From contig CACZWU010000014.1 in assembly GCA_902784965.1 (NCBI GenBank), positions 2,885 to 66,884 of the forward strand: a DNA stretch of 64,000 bases, written 5' to 3'. The notes beneath the pieces were generated by a model. It was not told the DNA's origin and did no database searches. It worked only from the letters and a program-made list of their open reading frames with translations. Positions 9,557-19,064 of this stretch are shown here, piece by piece. Made by a program: the position numbers and the translations under genes. Origin of the DNA: an uncultured Bacteroidia bacterium. Lineage in GTDB: Bacteria; Bacteroidota; Bacteroidia; Bacteroidales; UBA932. The first letter of the stretch is position 1. Every line of letters starts with the position of its first letter.

Positions 9557-9976
9557 ATGAATCGACTTTTTCTCCTCCTTCTTTTTGCAGCGTCGCTGCT
9601 GCTGAGCACCCCCGCGGCCCTGGCCCAGGAGCCCCAGGAGCCCGACCTCGACAAAATCATCGCCACCCAGCTCGACAACCTCACCCGGACTTTCAAGCTC
9701 GACGACGTGCAGGTTTTCTTCGTCGATTCGATCCTGCAGTACAACTTCCGCGCGATGAACGACGAGTTCGAACAGACCCGCCGCACCGGCGCCAGCAACA
9801 ACGAGACCTTCCAGATCATCTCTGACAAATGGATGGCCGCCACCGACGAAGCCTTCGAGCGCTTCTTCACCGAAGAGCAGTGGAAGAAGTACATGAAATC
9901 GTCCTACGGCAAGGAGAAAATCCGTCGCGACAAACGGATGAGCGACCGCATCCCGGCCTCATCGCAGAAGCAGTAG
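9557..9976 (+). CDS. Secreted hypothetical protein
   Basis: 139 aa with an ATG start. The signal peptide is MNRLFLLLLFAASLLLSTPAALAQE, and no family was recognised. Its last 73 nt overlap the convergent HAD gene. Confidence 0.55.
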   Translation: MNRLFLLLLFAASLLLSTPAALAQEPQEPDLDKIIATQLDNLTRTFKLDDVQVFFVDSILQYNFRAMNDEFEQTRRTGASNNETFQIISDKWMAATDEAFERFFTEEQWKKYMKSSYGKEKIRRDKRMSDRIPASSQKQ

Positions 9977-10557
9977 TCCGCTTCCATTCCCTGATTACCC
10001 CTTCCCTTCCAGTCGGCCAGCGCGAAATCGCAGCCCGCGGCGCGTGCGCACTGGTAGTCATGCATCGTGTCGCCGACGTAGAGCGTCGCGTCGGCCGTCG
10101 AGCCCGTGCGGGCCAGATAGGTCAGCAGCGGGTCGGGAAAAGGCTTGTTCCGCGCGGAATCTTCCGAACTCACGATGACATCGAAGCGCGGCCGCAGCGG
10201 CGCCAGCACCGGATCGTATTCCAGCTCGAACTTGGAGCGCGAGGTGACGATCCCCAGCCGCACACCCGCCTCTTTCAGGGCATCGAGCAGCTCCACCACG
10301 CCCGGAAAAGGCTTCACCAGGTACATCAGCTCCTGGAAATGCTCCTCCCATACTTCCCCGAAGCGGGCTGCGTCGGCATAGCCCAGCACGGCTGCCGCCC
10401 GGGAGCTCGGCGTGCCGAAAAAGTCGTAGGCCTCCTCGTAGGAAACCTCCCGCCCGAGGAGGTCGCGAATGGTCTGCATGAGCGAGAGCACACCCGTCCG
10501 CTCGGTGTCGAGCATCGTGCCGTCAATGTCGAACACGAAATCGGTATAGGTCTTCAT
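9904..10557 (-). CDS. HAD-superfamily hydrolase (phosphatase-like)
   Basis: HAD motif I is FVFDIDGTMLDTE, a later motif is GIVTSRS, and motif IV is YVGDTMHDYQCA. Its ATG overlaps the stop of the upstream EEP gene (ATGA). Confidence 0.85.
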   Translation of the reverse strand: MKTYTDFVFDIDGTMLDTERTGVLSLMQTIRDLLGREVSYEEAYDFFGTPSSRAAAVLGYADAARFGEVWEEHFQELMYLVKPFPGVVELLDALKEAGVRLGIVTSRSKFELEYDPVLAPLRPRFDVIVSSEDSARNKPFPDPLLTYLARTGSTADATLYVGDTMHDYQCARAAGCDFALADWKGRGNQGMEADYCFCDEAGMRSLIRLSRRIFSLP

Positions 10558-11519
10558 CGCCGGTCAAGTTTGATGAGTACGGGCAGGTGGTCGCTGTAGC
10601 CGTTGTCGAAGGTGTTGCCGTAGTAGCTGCGGCGCGGGGCGCCCTTGCGCAGCATAAAGTTGCGGCGGAAGATCTCGCCGTAGTGGTTCTTGCCGTCGAT
10701 GCGGCAGATGCGGCAGCCCTTGAGCCCGGGATAGGCGGGAAGCAGGTTGTGCGACACGATGATGTTGTCGTAGAGCACCCAGCGGTGGTTGTGGATACTG
10801 GTTCCCTGCCCCTCGTCGGCCAGTTTCCAGAAAGGATTGAAATACTCTCCTTCCGGCACGTTGAAAGGACTTTTGTGGGCCCGCAGCAGCACAGCCAGCG
10901 ACTCGTCGGAGGGATTGTCGTTCATATCGCCCATAATGACCACCTTGATGTCGGGATAGTCGCGGCGCAGGGCGGCGGCGTGGTCGCGCGCCGTCTCGGC
11001 CCCTGCCCGGCGGAACCCTTCCGAAGAGGCGACGCCCGCCCGGCGGGAGAGGAAGTGGCAGATGTAAAAGGCGAACATTTCCCCGTCGATCTCGCCCCAG
11101 GCAGCCAGGATGTCGCGCCCGATGTACTCCCGCCCGCTGCGCAGCACCAGTTTCAGCGGTTCGCAGCCCATCAGCGTGAATTTGTCGGGCCGGTAGAGCA
11201 TCCCCACCTCGACGCCGCGCTGGTCGTTCGACTCGAAATGCAGGCATTTATAGTGGGCGCCCGTCATCCGTTTCTGCGCCACGAGGTCTTTCAGCACCTT
11301 GAGGTTCTCCACCTCCGACACGCCGGCCACCACGGGGAAACCGTTGTGGGCCGAGGCCACGGCCGAGAAAATCTCGCTCAGGTTCTCGAGCTTCTTGAGG
11401 TATTTGTCGCGGGTCCAGCGCCTGTCGCCCATCGGCGTATAGGCGTCGTCGGCCGTCATCGGATCGTCTATGGTGTCATAGAGATTCTCGAGATTGTAGA
11501 ACATCACGGTGTAAGACAT
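10554..11519 (-). CDS. Endonuclease/exonuclease/phosphatase (EEP) family protein
   Basis: The N-terminus MSYTVMFYNLENLYD and the C-terminal YSDHLPV are typical EEP motifs. The start is set at the ATG at 11519, because the longest ORF start at 11555 is GTG. Confidence 0.85.
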   Translation of the reverse strand: MSYTVMFYNLENLYDTIDDPMTADDAYTPMGDRRWTRDKYLKKLENLSEIFSAVASAHNGFPVVAGVSEVENLKVLKDLVAQKRMTGAHYKCLHFESNDQRGVEVGMLYRPDKFTLMGCEPLKLVLRSGREYIGRDILAAWGEIDGEMFAFYICHFLSRRAGVASSEGFRRAGAETARDHAAALRRDYPDIKVVIMGDMNDNPSDESLAVLLRAHKSPFNVPEGEYFNPFWKLADEGQGTSIHNHRWVLYDNIIVSHNLLPAYPGLKGCRICRIDGKNHYGEIFRRNFMLRKGAPRRSYYGNTFDNGYSDHLPVLIKLDRR

Positions 11520-11600
11520 ACTACAAATATATGCAAATTTCTGGGAAAAATCCACCGTTTTTTTGTATCTTGCGAGTTATTATATTGGCATAATTCCGAA

Positions 11601-12905
11601 ATGAAAAAAATACACGAATATGATTTCTGGTATCATTACCTGCGCTATGTCGTGAATTTCTTCCACCGGAACGCATACAAGAAGCTGCAATACATCGGCC
11701 GGGAAAAGATCCCGCAGGACCAGGCCCTCATCTATGCGCCCAACCACTGCAACGCCCTGATGGATGCCCTCGCCGTCCTCGAAATAGACAGGCGCCGCAA
11801 GGTATTCGTGGCCCGTGCCGATATCTTCCAGAACCCGATTGTCAAGAAATGCCTGACTTTCTTGAAGATAATGCCCATCAACCGGGTCCGCGACGGCTTC
11901 CGCAGCGTGCTCAGCAGCGAAGATACCATCGAAAAATCGATTGAGGTACTCAACAATCAGGTGCCTTTTTGCATCTTACCGGAAGGGACGCACCGTGCGA
12001 TGCATAGCCTGCTCCCGCTGGGAAAGGGCATTTCGCGCATTGCCTGCGGGGCAGTCAGGGCGCTGAACGACGGGCAGCACGTGCTGATCGTGCCCGTAGG
12101 ACTGGAATACGGCGACTATTTCCGCCTGCGCACCACCCTGCTGGTGACGGTCGGACAGCCGGTGGACATCACCGCCTACATGGCCGCCAACCCGGAAATG
12201 AGCGAAGGGGAATTGCTGTCGAACATCCGCTACATGACGGCCGAAGCCCTGAAGGAGTTGATCGTCTACATCCCCGATGACGACGACTACGAGGCCACCT
12301 GGGAACTGGCGAAATGTTGCAGCGGGACGGTGCCGGAATGCAAGCTGCAGGAACGCCTCCATGCCAACCGTGCCGCGGTGGAACAGATTCAGCGGCTCCG
12401 GCAACAGGCCCCGGAAACAGCCCGGAAGCTCTTTGAAAAAGCGCTCGCCTGGAAACAGGCCCGGCAGGAAGCCCGGGTCAGCCTGCATGTCACCCATGCC
12501 CGCAAGCCCCTGGTGGCCACCCTGTGGCGCACGCTGCTGATGCTCCTGACCCTTCCCCTGGGACTGGCCTGGACCCTCGTCTCGGCACCCGTCTGGGCGG
12601 TCGGGGAATGGCTCGCCCGCAAGACGGATGACCTGGCCTTTCGCAACTCGCTCCGCAGCGGCGTGATTGTCGTCGTCTGGTCGATCCTGCTGCTGGTGGC
12701 GGCCATCGTGCTCTTCTGCACGGTCCCGTGGTACTGGGCACTGGCGGCGCTGGTGCTGCTGATACCGGCCCCTACCATGGCCTACGAGTGGTTCGAGCAG
12801 GTGCGGCGGCTGTTCTCGGCCTGGCGCTGGCTGTTCAACGGAACGCTTCGCCGGCAACGGCAGGAACTGATGGCAATGATACATAAAACTTTGGAAAACA
12901 AATAA
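11601..12905 (+). CDS. PlsC-type acyltransferase (1-acyl-sn-glycerol-3-phosphate acyltransferase-like) with a C-terminal membrane extension
   Basis: The ATG at 11601 gives MKKIHEYDFWYHYL.. The HX4D motif is APNHCNALMDAL, followed by ILPEGT. The C-terminus has two hydrophobic helices. The part of ORF 10587..12905 upstream of 11601 is antisense to the EEP gene and was rejected. Confidence 0.85.
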   Translation: MKKIHEYDFWYHYLRYVVNFFHRNAYKKLQYIGREKIPQDQALIYAPNHCNALMDALAVLEIDRRRKVFVARADIFQNPIVKKCLTFLKIMPINRVRDGFRSVLSSEDTIEKSIEVLNNQVPFCILPEGTHRAMHSLLPLGKGISRIACGAVRALNDGQHVLIVPVGLEYGDYFRLRTTLLVTVGQPVDITAYMAANPEMSEGELLSNIRYMTAEALKELIVYIPDDDDYEATWELAKCCSGTVPECKLQERLHANRAAVEQIQRLRQQAPETARKLFEKALAWKQARQEARVSLHVTHARKPLVATLWRTLLMLLTLPLGLAWTLVSAPVWAVGEWLARKTDDLAFRNSLRSGVIVVVWSILLLVAAIVLFCTVPWYWALAALVLLIPAPTMAYEWFEQVRRLFSAWRWLFNGTLRRQRQELMAMIHKTLENK

Positions 12906-12917
12906 ATAAGACATAAC

Positions 12918-14207
12918 ATGAAAAAACTCTTTGTTCTATTGCTTGCCCTGGCTACGGTTGCGGGCGTGTCGGCCCAGGAAAAAAAGAAGGCCGTCGAAAA
13001 GACGGGCTTCTCGTTCGGCGCATTCCCGATCATCGCCTTCGACCAGGACAAGGGCCTCCAGCTCGGCGCCCTGGCCAACATCTATGACTTCGGCAAGAGC
13101 GGCTGGTATCCAAACCCCCGGCAGCAGATGTACCTGGAAGCCTCCTGGTTCACCAAAGGCTCCCAGCTCTACGTGCTCAGCTACGACAACCGTTTCCTGA
13201 TTCCGGGCGTCCGCTTCTCGTTCGCCGCCTCGTTCTCCAACGAGAAAGCCCTCGACTTCTTCGGCTTCAACGGCTACGAATCGTACTTCGACAAAGACCT
13301 GAACCAGTTCGGCTACTACAAGATGGCCCGTATGGTCCCTTACGGGAAGCTCGACTTCACGGGCAAGATCGTAGGCAAGCTGTACTGGAAATTCGGCTAC
13401 CACTTCAAGTATTTCATCCTCAACGAATTCGATAACGAAAAAACGAAGCAGCTGCCTTACGAGAAAACCCTCTTCGCCTGGTACAAGGACCTGGGCATCA
13501 TCGCCCCCGACGAGCACAAAGGCGGCATGACCAGCGCCTGGCGCGCCGGCCTGTGCTACGACAGCCGCGACGTGGAAAACTCCCCGACCCGCGGCATCTG
13601 GGCCGATGCCTTCATGGAGTGGGCCCCCAAGTGGATGGGTACCAACAAGCCCTACGGACGCTACTACGTCGTGCTCCGGCAGTACATCCCCTTCATGAAG
13701 AACGGCAACCTGGTGTTCGCCTACCGCGCCAACGTCCAGGGCTTCATCGGCAACCCCGCCTTCTACGTGCTGCCCTATGAGTCCGTGCTCGGCCCGGGCT
13801 ACGACCGCGACGGCTTCGGCGGCTACCGCACCCTCCGCGGCATCATGCGCAACCGCATCCAGGGCAAGGCCATCTGCTACTTCAACACCGAGCTCCGCTG
13901 GAAATTCCTTACCGTCAACGTGTTCAAGCAAGACTTGACCTTTGGCCTGAACGCCTTCTTCGACGGTGGCCGCGTGCTGCAGAACTATAGCTTCACCGAA
14001 CCTGCCTACCGGGGTACGAACGTGCCCGGCTGGCCCGACCAGCTTGACAAGAAGGGCGTGGAGAAATTCCACCTGGCTGCCGGCGGCGGCCTCCGCTTCA
14101 TCCTCAACAAGAACTTCATCATCGCCGTCGACTACGGCCGTGCCTTCAATGCACAGGACAACGGCAAGGGCGGCTCGTTTTACGTCAACACCGGTTATCT
14201 TTTCTAG
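12918..14207 (+). CDS. Omp85/BamA-family-like outer-membrane beta-barrel without POTRA domains
   Basis: 429 aa with the signal MKKLFVLLLALATVAGVSAQ. It has alternating aromatic beta-strand patterns and a C-terminal ..GGSFYVNTGYLF (terminal Phe). It starts 12 nt after the acyltransferase. Confidence 0.7.
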   Translation: MKKLFVLLLALATVAGVSAQEKKKAVEKTGFSFGAFPIIAFDQDKGLQLGALANIYDFGKSGWYPNPRQQMYLEASWFTKGSQLYVLSYDNRFLIPGVRFSFAASFSNEKALDFFGFNGYESYFDKDLNQFGYYKMARMVPYGKLDFTGKIVGKLYWKFGYHFKYFILNEFDNEKTKQLPYEKTLFAWYKDLGIIAPDEHKGGMTSAWRAGLCYDSRDVENSPTRGIWADAFMEWAPKWMGTNKPYGRYYVVLRQYIPFMKNGNLVFAYRANVQGFIGNPAFYVLPYESVLGPGYDRDGFGGYRTLRGIMRNRIQGKAICYFNTELRWKFLTVNVFKQDLTFGLNAFFDGGRVLQNYSFTEPAYRGTNVPGWPDQLDKKGVEKFHLAAGGGLRFILNKNFIIAVDYGRAFNAQDNGKGGSFYVNTGYLF

Positions 14208-14210
14208 TCT

Positions 14211-15665
14211 ATGAAGAAAATCCTTTGGTCCTTCCTTTTGCTGGCGGCCTGTCTCTCCTCGACGGGCTGCTATGAGGAACAACTCAAGAAACTCGACGAG
14301 TTGGAAGACAGGGCCGATGCGTTGACCGTCCTCGTCAGGCAGCTCAACGAGAACATGAAGACCCTGCGCGACCTGATGCGGGTCATCGACCGGCAGGATA
14401 TGATCACCGGCATCACGGAGATCCGTTCCGAAGGCGTGCTGGTCAGCTATCGCATCAACTTCGTCGACCACGACCCCATCACCATTTCCAACGGCGCCGA
14501 CGGCAAGAAACCCCTGATCTCGAGCCGGCAGAACCCCGACGACAAGAACTATTACTGGGCTGTGCAATATGGCGATGAAGGCTGGGAATGGCTGCTTTCG
14601 CCCGACGGCCAGAAGATGCTTTCGATCGGCGACCTGCCCTACATCACCATCCGCAACGGCCGGTTCATGTATACGCTCGACGGTAAAACCTGGGTGGATC
14701 TCGGTCCTGCCAACGGCCAGAACGGCGACCAGATGTTCGCCTCGATCAATACCTACAACACCGACTACGTGCTGATCACCCTGACGACGGGCGAAGTGCT
14801 GAAGATCCCCACCTACAGTGCCTTCCTGGCCCTCAAGTCCGAACTCGACAAGACCAACGAGAACGTGGACGCCCAGGTGAAACTCATCCGCGCCGCCCAG
14901 GAAAAGATCACCTGGATCACCAGTATCCAGCCCATCCTCAACGGCAAGGACACCGCGGGCCTGACGGTCAGCCTGTCGAACGGGCAGCAGTTCAGCATCC
15001 ACGACTGGACCTCCTCGATGAGCCCCGCCATCTTCGTCAAGCGCGACACCGACGGGCACCTCTACTGGGCCTACACCATCGGAACGAATCCCGAACAATG
15101 GGTGCTCTCGCCCGAAGGCAACAAGATTCCCGCCGAGAGCACGCCGGTCGACATCCCGCTCATCTCGATTGAACGCGACACCGACGGCGAATACTACTGG
15201 GTGGTGACCACCGGCGACAGCACCGCCTTCCTGCGCACGCAGGTCAGCGGCCAGTGGCAACCCCAGGCCGTCGACACGGTAAAGAGCATCTTCAGCCAGG
15301 TCAGCAACTACACCGACTCGCTGGTCGTGGTCCTGAAAGACGGCACCCGTTTCAACCTGCCGAAACAGTATACCGTGACCCTGACCGACACGGCCGGCAA
15401 CCCCATCGGCGACCAGATCACCATGGCGGATGGCGGCACGGCCACCCTCTGCTACAAGGCCAACGGCAACAACGTGTCCGTTTCGCTGCTCACCCAGGGC
15501 GGCTTCACCGCCACCGAGGGAGCCCTCGAGAGCGGGGCTCCGTGCATCCTCGTCAAGGCGCCGAACACCTTCACCAGCGGCAGCGGAAAAGTCGTGATCG
15601 TCTTTACCTTCCCCTCGGAAGTATCCCCGATCACCGTGGTCAAATCTATCACCATCAAAAAGTAA
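14211..15665 (+). CDS. Surface lipoprotein, tandem paralog 1 of 3 (coiled-coil plus beta modules; DUF4988 / PL29-N-terminal-like from memory)
   Basis: The lipobox is LLLAACLSSTGC, and the coiled coil is QLKKLDELEDRADALTVLVRQLNENMKTLRDL. It has NGADG and YYWAV/LYWAY/YYWVV motifs. A second coiled-coil module (FLALKSELDKTNENVDAQVKLIRAAQEKI) shows internal duplication. Confidence 0.75.
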   Translation: MKKILWSFLLLAACLSSTGCYEEQLKKLDELEDRADALTVLVRQLNENMKTLRDLMRVIDRQDMITGITEIRSEGVLVSYRINFVDHDPITISNGADGKKPLISSRQNPDDKNYYWAVQYGDEGWEWLLSPDGQKMLSIGDLPYITIRNGRFMYTLDGKTWVDLGPANGQNGDQMFASINTYNTDYVLITLTTGEVLKIPTYSAFLALKSELDKTNENVDAQVKLIRAAQEKITWITSIQPILNGKDTAGLTVSLSNGQQFSIHDWTSSMSPAIFVKRDTDGHLYWAYTIGTNPEQWVLSPEGNKIPAESTPVDIPLISIERDTDGEYYWVVTTGDSTAFLRTQVSGQWQPQAVDTVKSIFSQVSNYTDSLVVVLKDGTRFNLPKQYTVTLTDTAGNPIGDQITMADGGTATLCYKANGNNVSVSLLTQGGFTATEGALESGAPCILVKAPNTFTSGSGKVVIVFTFPSEVSPITVVKSITIKK

Positions 15666-15678
15666 GGAGGCATCAACC

Positions 15679-17157
15679 ATGAGAAACAGACATTTCTTCC
15701 CCTGCCTCCTGCTGCTGGCCTTCGTGCTGGGCGGCTGCATCAACCAGGTCGATTCCGAAATCACCATCCTGGAACGGCGCATCGCCAAGCTGGAACAGCG
15801 CTGCAGTGAAATCAACACCACCTTGCAGGGACTCCAGAAGATCCTCGACAACTTGAACCAGTACGACTTCATCACGGATGTCGAAGCGTTCTATGAAAAC
15901 GGCAAGGTGGCCGGCTATACCATCAGCTTCACGAACTCCGACCCCATCGTGCTCCACAACGGAACCGACGCCGAGACCCCGCAACTGGGTGTCGGGCTGG
16001 GCGACGACGGCCTATGGTACTGGACGGTGAAATATCCTTCCGATCCGTTCCCGACCTTCATCACCGACAACTTCGGCGTCCGCATCCGCACCGATGCCGG
16101 CACGCCGCTCATCAAGATTGAGAACGGCAACTGGATGGTTTCGTACGACAACGGCGACGTGTGGCACAACCTGGGCCGGGCCACCGGCGAGGATGGCGCC
16201 TCCTTCTTTGAAAGCGTCACCGACAAGGGCGACTACATCGAGTTCAAAATGCTCAACGGCACGATCATCCAGGCACCCACCTGGGCCAGTTTCGAGAAAC
16301 TGCAGGAAAACTGCCGCAAGGTCAACGAGAACCTCCAGAATTTCATAAAGATGGCCAATGCCTTCAACGAGAAGGTGTACGTGCAGGAGATGATTCCCAT
16401 CCTCCAGGGCACCGACACCCTCGGGTTCCGCCTCCAGCTTTCCGACGGCAGTTCCTATGCCTTCTATAACGGCAGCGGCACCAACGTGCCGGTGATCGGC
16501 GCCCAGCGCGCCACCAGCAATCCCGACGACGACGTCTGGTACTGGACCATCCGCTACGGCGACGGCGATCCGCAGTGGATCCTCGACGACAAAGGCAACA
16601 AGATCCAGGCAAACGCTCCCGGCGGACTGACGCCCACGATCTCGCTCCAGCAGGTGGCGGGCGACCCGGCCTGGTACTGGGCTGTGGCCTATGGCGACGG
16701 CGCCCCTTCGTTCATCCTCTGTGACGGACAGAAGGTCAAGGCCAGCGTCGTGGCACCCGATGCCCTGGTCAAGTCGGTCGTGACGGTCGGCGAAGACAAG
16801 GTCTGCGTGACCCTCTCCGACGGGCTGGTCTTCTACATCCCGTTGCCCCGGGCCATCCTGGTCACCCTCACAGCACCTGTGAGCAGCAGCAACACCGTGA
16901 CGATGGCCGCCGGCGATACCGTCCACTTCAACTGCATCATTTCGGGTTCGGACGAACGCACGGAGGTGCTTCCGGTCGCCGACGAGAGTTTCTACTCGGC
17001 TGCCACCTGCACCTCTGCTGACCACCGGAACTGGGATGTCATGATCGTGGCGCCGAAGCCCTTCAGCGCTCCTTCCAAAGGCCGTGTCAACCTGCTGGTC
17101 TCGAACGGATACGGACAGATGAAGTCCATTCTCATCACCATTCTGCCCAAGAACTAA
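15679..17157 (+). CDS. Surface lipoprotein, tandem paralog 2 of 3
   Basis: The lipobox is LLAFVLGGC. It has the same architecture as paralog 1 (ILERRIAKLEQRCSEINTTLQGLQKILDNL; NGTDA; WYWTV/WYWTI/WYWAV; second module FEKLQENCRKVNENLQNFIKMA). TAAGGAGG lies 8 nt upstream of the ATG. Confidence 0.75.
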   Translation: MRNRHFFPCLLLLAFVLGGCINQVDSEITILERRIAKLEQRCSEINTTLQGLQKILDNLNQYDFITDVEAFYENGKVAGYTISFTNSDPIVLHNGTDAETPQLGVGLGDDGLWYWTVKYPSDPFPTFITDNFGVRIRTDAGTPLIKIENGNWMVSYDNGDVWHNLGRATGEDGASFFESVTDKGDYIEFKMLNGTIIQAPTWASFEKLQENCRKVNENLQNFIKMANAFNEKVYVQEMIPILQGTDTLGFRLQLSDGSSYAFYNGSGTNVPVIGAQRATSNPDDDVWYWTIRYGDGDPQWILDDKGNKIQANAPGGLTPTISLQQVAGDPAWYWAVAYGDGAPSFILCDGQKVKASVVAPDALVKSVVTVGEDKVCVTLSDGLVFYIPLPRAILVTLTAPVSSSNTVTMAAGDTVHFNCIISGSDERTEVLPVADESFYSAATCTSADHRNWDVMIVAPKPFSAPSKGRVNLLVSNGYGQMKSILITILPKN

Positions 17158-17170
17158 GGAGGATACGACA

Positions 17171-18964
17171 ATGAAAAGAATCTTTATCCTATTCTCTATC
17201 CTGGTCCCGGCCCTGCTGCTGGGCAGCTGCACGAAAGAAATCGACGAACGCATCAGCCAGCTGAAAGAAGACCTCTACGTCCTTGAGCAGGCCGTATCTT
17301 CCGTCAACGAAGCAACGAACAACCTCGCTCAACTGGTGAACGCCCTGGAGAAGAACGAACACATCAAAAGCATCCAGGAATGGACCCTCGGCAACTGGTC
17401 CGGCTACCAGATCACCTTCACCAGCGGCACCGTGCTGACCCTGCGCAACGGCGTCGACGGCGTATCTCCCATCCTGGGCGTCCGCTACAATGACGAGAAC
17501 GAAGGCTACTACTGGACCATCCAGATGGGGCCCGACGGTTCGCCCACCTGGATGACCAACAGCTACGGACTGAAAGTCCGCGCCACCGGCCAGGTCCCCC
17601 AGCTCAAGATTGAGGACGGCCTCTGGTGGTACAGTTTCGACGGCAACTCCTGGATCAAGACCAACTGGGCTTCGCCCCAGGGCGAACCGGGTTCCGCCAT
17701 GTTCACCAGCATCGATACCTCCGATCCCTACTACGTGACCTTCTCGCTGGCCAACGGCTACCGTTTCCAGATTCCGACGCAGCGGGCGGTCGAAGAACTC
17801 AACGAACAGTGCGAGACCCTCAACAAGACCATGAAGGAATATGCCGACATCGTGGCCGGCTACGATTCCTCGGTCTTCGTCAAATCGGTGGTCGAATTTG
17901 AAGAAGGCGGTGTCCGCGGATGCCGCATCACCATGGAGACCGGCGAGGTGTTCACCATCCGCAACGGCTATGACAACCGCGACTCGGTGCTGCTGAGCGC
18001 CAAGGCCTATACCGACGGCAAGTATTACTGGGTGTACCGCAGCCGCTCGACCGATGAATACCAATGGCTGCGCTACAACGGGGAGATGATCTGCGTCACC
18101 CTCGGCGACATCACTCCGCACATCGGCATCGTCGACTCGCTCGGACAGCTTTACTTCACGGTCGCCATCGGAACAGGCCAGGCTGAACTGATGCGCGACG
18201 CCGACGGCAATCCCGTGAAGGCCACCGGCCGCATCGTCGAAGACTTCTTCACCGGTGCCGACCTGAGCGACCTGTCGACCGTGGTTCTCACCCTTTCCGA
18301 CGGGACGAAGGTCAGCCTGCCCCGTACCCGGGAGCACATGCCTTCGGCCACGCTCTCCCTCCGAACAGACTATGTGGAGGCGGAAACCTCCTACACCTTC
18401 CAGGCGCTGCTCTTCCTGGTCGATACGCTGCCCGGCACGACGGTCCTGCCCGATTACGCAAGCTACGCCAAAGAGGCCGGCCTCTCGGTCGAAGCCGTCG
18501 CCATCGACGATGGCTACGCCGGGACCGTGACGGCGGTGAACTTCAGTTCCCAGCCCATCACCGGCGGCGTCCGCTACGAGAGTATCCTCGACATTCCGTT
18601 CACGACGGGCGACCTTTCCGTCTGGAACACCTCGATCAAGTCGCGCATCGCCGTCTTCATCTCCTGGCAGAACAACACCATCATGAAGGTGGTGGAATTC
18701 CGCCGCGCCATCCTGGCCACGTCCATCACGATTCCTGCATCGCTCGAAGTGGAAGTGGGCAAGACCGCGACGCTGACAGCGTCGTGGCTCCCGACCGACA
18801 CCACCGACACCGACATCAACTGGAGCAGCAGCGACACCGCCGTCGCCACGGTTGCGGCCGACGGCAAGGTGACCGGCGTGGCCGTCGGTACCTGCACCAT
18901 CACGGCGCGCATGGGCCGTGTGTCGGCCACCTGTGCGGTTACAGTAAAAGCCGCAACGCCTTGA
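17171..18964 (+). CDS. Surface lipoprotein, tandem paralog 3 of 3, with a C-terminal Big_2-type Ig-like domain
   Basis: The lipobox is LLLGSC, with the same coiled-coil/beta modules. The C-terminus VEVGKTATLTASWLPTDTTDTDINWSSSDTAVATVAADGKVTGVAVGTCTITA is a Big_2 signature. TAAGGAGG lies 8 nt upstream of the ATG. Confidence 0.8.
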   Translation: MKRIFILFSILVPALLLGSCTKEIDERISQLKEDLYVLEQAVSSVNEATNNLAQLVNALEKNEHIKSIQEWTLGNWSGYQITFTSGTVLTLRNGVDGVSPILGVRYNDENEGYYWTIQMGPDGSPTWMTNSYGLKVRATGQVPQLKIEDGLWWYSFDGNSWIKTNWASPQGEPGSAMFTSIDTSDPYYVTFSLANGYRFQIPTQRAVEELNEQCETLNKTMKEYADIVAGYDSSVFVKSVVEFEEGGVRGCRITMETGEVFTIRNGYDNRDSVLLSAKAYTDGKYYWVYRSRSTDEYQWLRYNGEMICVTLGDITPHIGIVDSLGQLYFTVAIGTGQAELMRDADGNPVKATGRIVEDFFTGADLSDLSTVVLTLSDGTKVSLPRTREHMPSATLSLRTDYVEAETSYTFQALLFLVDTLPGTTVLPDYASYAKEAGLSVEAVAIDDGYAGTVTAVNFSSQPITGGVRYESILDIPFTTGDLSVWNTSIKSRIAVFISWQNNTIMKVVEFRRAILATSITIPASLEVEVGKTATLTASWLPTDTTDTDINWSSSDTAVATVAADGKVTGVAVGTCTITARMGRVSATCAVTVKAATP

Positions 18965-18979
18965 TGCGTTGCGGCTTTC
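18947..18979 (+). terminator. Intrinsic terminator of the lipoprotein operon
   Basis: The hairpin is aaaGCCGCAACGC-cttgat-GCGTTGCGGCttt, a 10-bp GC-rich stem followed by TTTCT. The stop codon sits in the loop. Confidence 0.7.
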
Positions 18980-18990
18980 TGGCCGGACCG

Positions 18991-19064
18991 TGGTCCCTGC
19001 AGGACTTGAACCTGCGACCCACGGATTATGAGTCCGCTGCTCTGACCGACTGAGCTAAGGGACC
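18991..19064 (-). tRNA. tRNA-Met (anticodon CAU), elongator type. A lysidine-modified Ile2 identity cannot be excluded.
   Basis: The minus strand reads GGTCCCTTAGCTCAGTCGGTCAGAGCAGCGGACTCATAATCCGTGGGTCGCAGGTTCAAGTCCTGCAGGGACCA. A full cloverleaf was folded by hand (7-bp acceptor, GCTC/GAGC D stem, loop CTCATAA, T arm GCAGG-TTCAAGT-CCTGC). No CCA is encoded. Confidence 0.9.

Noticed and set aside
10587-11600. The upstream two-fifths of ORF 10587-12905 (772 aa).
   Set aside because: This part is antisense to the well-supported EEP gene. The acyltransferase homology begins only at the ATG at 11601, which follows an AT-rich promoter spacer.
12936-15875. A 979-aa ORF antisense to the Omp85-like and lipoprotein genes. 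Similar giant antisense ORFs occur at 47927-50461, 25516-28203, 2104-4278, 55301-57562, 23366-25486, 59030-60316 and 46292-47560.
   Set aside because: Their composition is Gly/Ala/Val/Asp/Arg/His-rich with no motifs. They lie in the frame complementary to genes with strong G/C at third codon positions, and this suppresses stop codons on the opposite strand. The sense-strand genes have signal peptides and recognisable domains.
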